DNA of 59,808 bases, counting the filler. It is 4 parts of 4 records of this genome, joined end to end, with 100 filler letters (N's around TTAATTAATTAA, not from the genome) between each part and the next. Parts side by side here need not be neighbours in the genome. Positions count along the whole stretch, not along the records: positions 45,737 to 59,808 come from SRR22947727_4367; 3 more parts are not named here. One strand, written 5' to 3'. Shown piece after piece: positions 58,908 to 59,808 of this stretch (position 1 is the stretch's first letter; the number at the start of each line of letters is the position of its first letter). A model generated the notes under the pieces. That model ran no database searches. It saw only the letters and a list, made by a program, of their open reading frames with translations, and was not told the DNA's origin. The position numbers and the translations under genes were made by a program.

Positions 58908-59615
58908 TTATTGGGCCGTCGCTACCCCGCCGGCGCGCTCAGTCCGCTCCTGCCCGATCAGATAATCTACCACCTCCAATGCGCGCTGCATGCCGTTGCC
59001 CATATCTACAGTGTATTTGCCTGCAACAATCATGGTGGGTACTGATTGCACGTTATAGCGTCGGCTGTCGGTCTCAGCTTGAGACAGCTTGCGGCGCACT
59101 TTTGGGCTGTTAAAGGCGCGCATAAACTCTGCGGCAGGTAGCGTTTCGCTGTCTAAGTAGTCGGCTATTTCTTGGCCGCTGCGAAAGGTTTTGCCAAAAT
59201 CATGTACTGCGCTGAAGAGCTTGGCATGGTTGCCTTCCAATGCGTCAGCCTGTTCCAGTGCCAGATAACCCTGTCCGAGTAGGGTCCATGTGCGGGAGAA
59301 TGCGGCTGGTTTGCGTGAAAACGCAACATCCTCGTCAGTTGTCACTAACCATTCTTCTAACTCAGGGTCGAAGTTGCGGCAGTGGACGCAGCCGTAGGAG
59401 AAAAATTCATAAACATTGATGGGATCGCCTATGCGAATTCTGTCAGCGTTTTCTATTAGCGCGTAGTCTTCGCCCTCTGTTGGTGTGGCGTTTTGTGCCA
59501 ATCCTGATGAGAGATAAATGCCAAGGCCAACCAGCGCTACACCAATGGCAATGATGACCCCGAAGATCGCATTGCGTGTGGTTTCAATTTTGTCTGTGCC
59601 GCGTTTTTTAGCCAT
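58908..59615 (-). CDS. dsbA: Thiol:disulfide interchange protein DsbA/DsbL
   Basis: EFFSYGCVHC (CxxC), VQSVPT (cis-Pro) ...GKY; N-terminal TM. Confidence 0.9.
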   Translation of the reverse strand: MAKKRGTDKIETTRNAIFGVIIAIGVALVGLGIYLSSGLAQNATPTEGEDYALIENADRIRIGDPINVYEFFSYGCVHCRNFDPELEEWLVTTDEDVAFSRKPAAFSRTWTLLGQGYLALEQADALEGNHAKLFSAVHDFGKTFRSGQEIADYLDSETLPAAEFMRAFNSPKVRRKLSQAETDSRRYNVQSVPTMIVAGKYTVDMGNGMQRALEVVDYLIGQERTERAGGVATAQ

Positions 59616-59808
59616 ATCAAATTCCTAATTGTGTGTTACCCCAGGTAAAAGGCCGTTGGCATGGGGCTGTCGGGACCTATGTTACTTCATTGACCCGGTT
59701 GTTCTACAGGCATTAGTCCCTACTTCGTTAAGTGAAAACATATGCGCCTGAATTGTAATATGCTTAACGGCTCTAAGATTGTCACTAGGATATAAAGAAA
59801 TGAACGCA

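Overview
This window is not one continuous locus. It is four contigs joined by identical 100-nt artificial linkers (N44-TTAATTAATTAA-N44) at 12602-12701, 32594-32693 and 45637-45736. Contigs 1 and 2 (1-12601, 12702-32593) look like one Verrucomicrobiota/PVC-type organism. They carry a sulfatase, an L,D-transpeptidase, ribF, recQ, a serine hydrolase-NamZ fusion, two SLC13 permeases, cstA, sufSU, a two-component pair, hldA/gmhA, folP, zwf, alkB, ribD, comF, accD, a frameshifted ppk2 and half a tRNA-Thr, and they share a 21-bp palindromic REP-like repeat (14 copies at 6 intergenic loci). Contig 3 (32694-45636) is marine Synechococcus-like: a ligase-associated exonuclease/ligase/Lhr helicase cluster, an island of small ORFs, hli, fibrillin, and a glutamine-II (Downstream-peptide) riboswitch ahead of a YRG micro-protein. 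Contig 4 (45737-59808) is gammaproteobacterial: glcDEF, MFS, GNAT, M48 protease, lpoP-like/mrcB, an OM beta-barrel, a TPP riboswitch-controlled TonB receptor and dsbA. Taxonomy and gene calls come from motif and family recognition only; no database searches were run. The most notable unannotated signals are the REP-like family, a flippase/WecG deletion scar, a hidden PEP-CTERM-like gene with two in-frame TAG stops, two riboswitches with readable structure, and a CstA ending in GGRSC-TGA. I found no clearly new multi-gene system.
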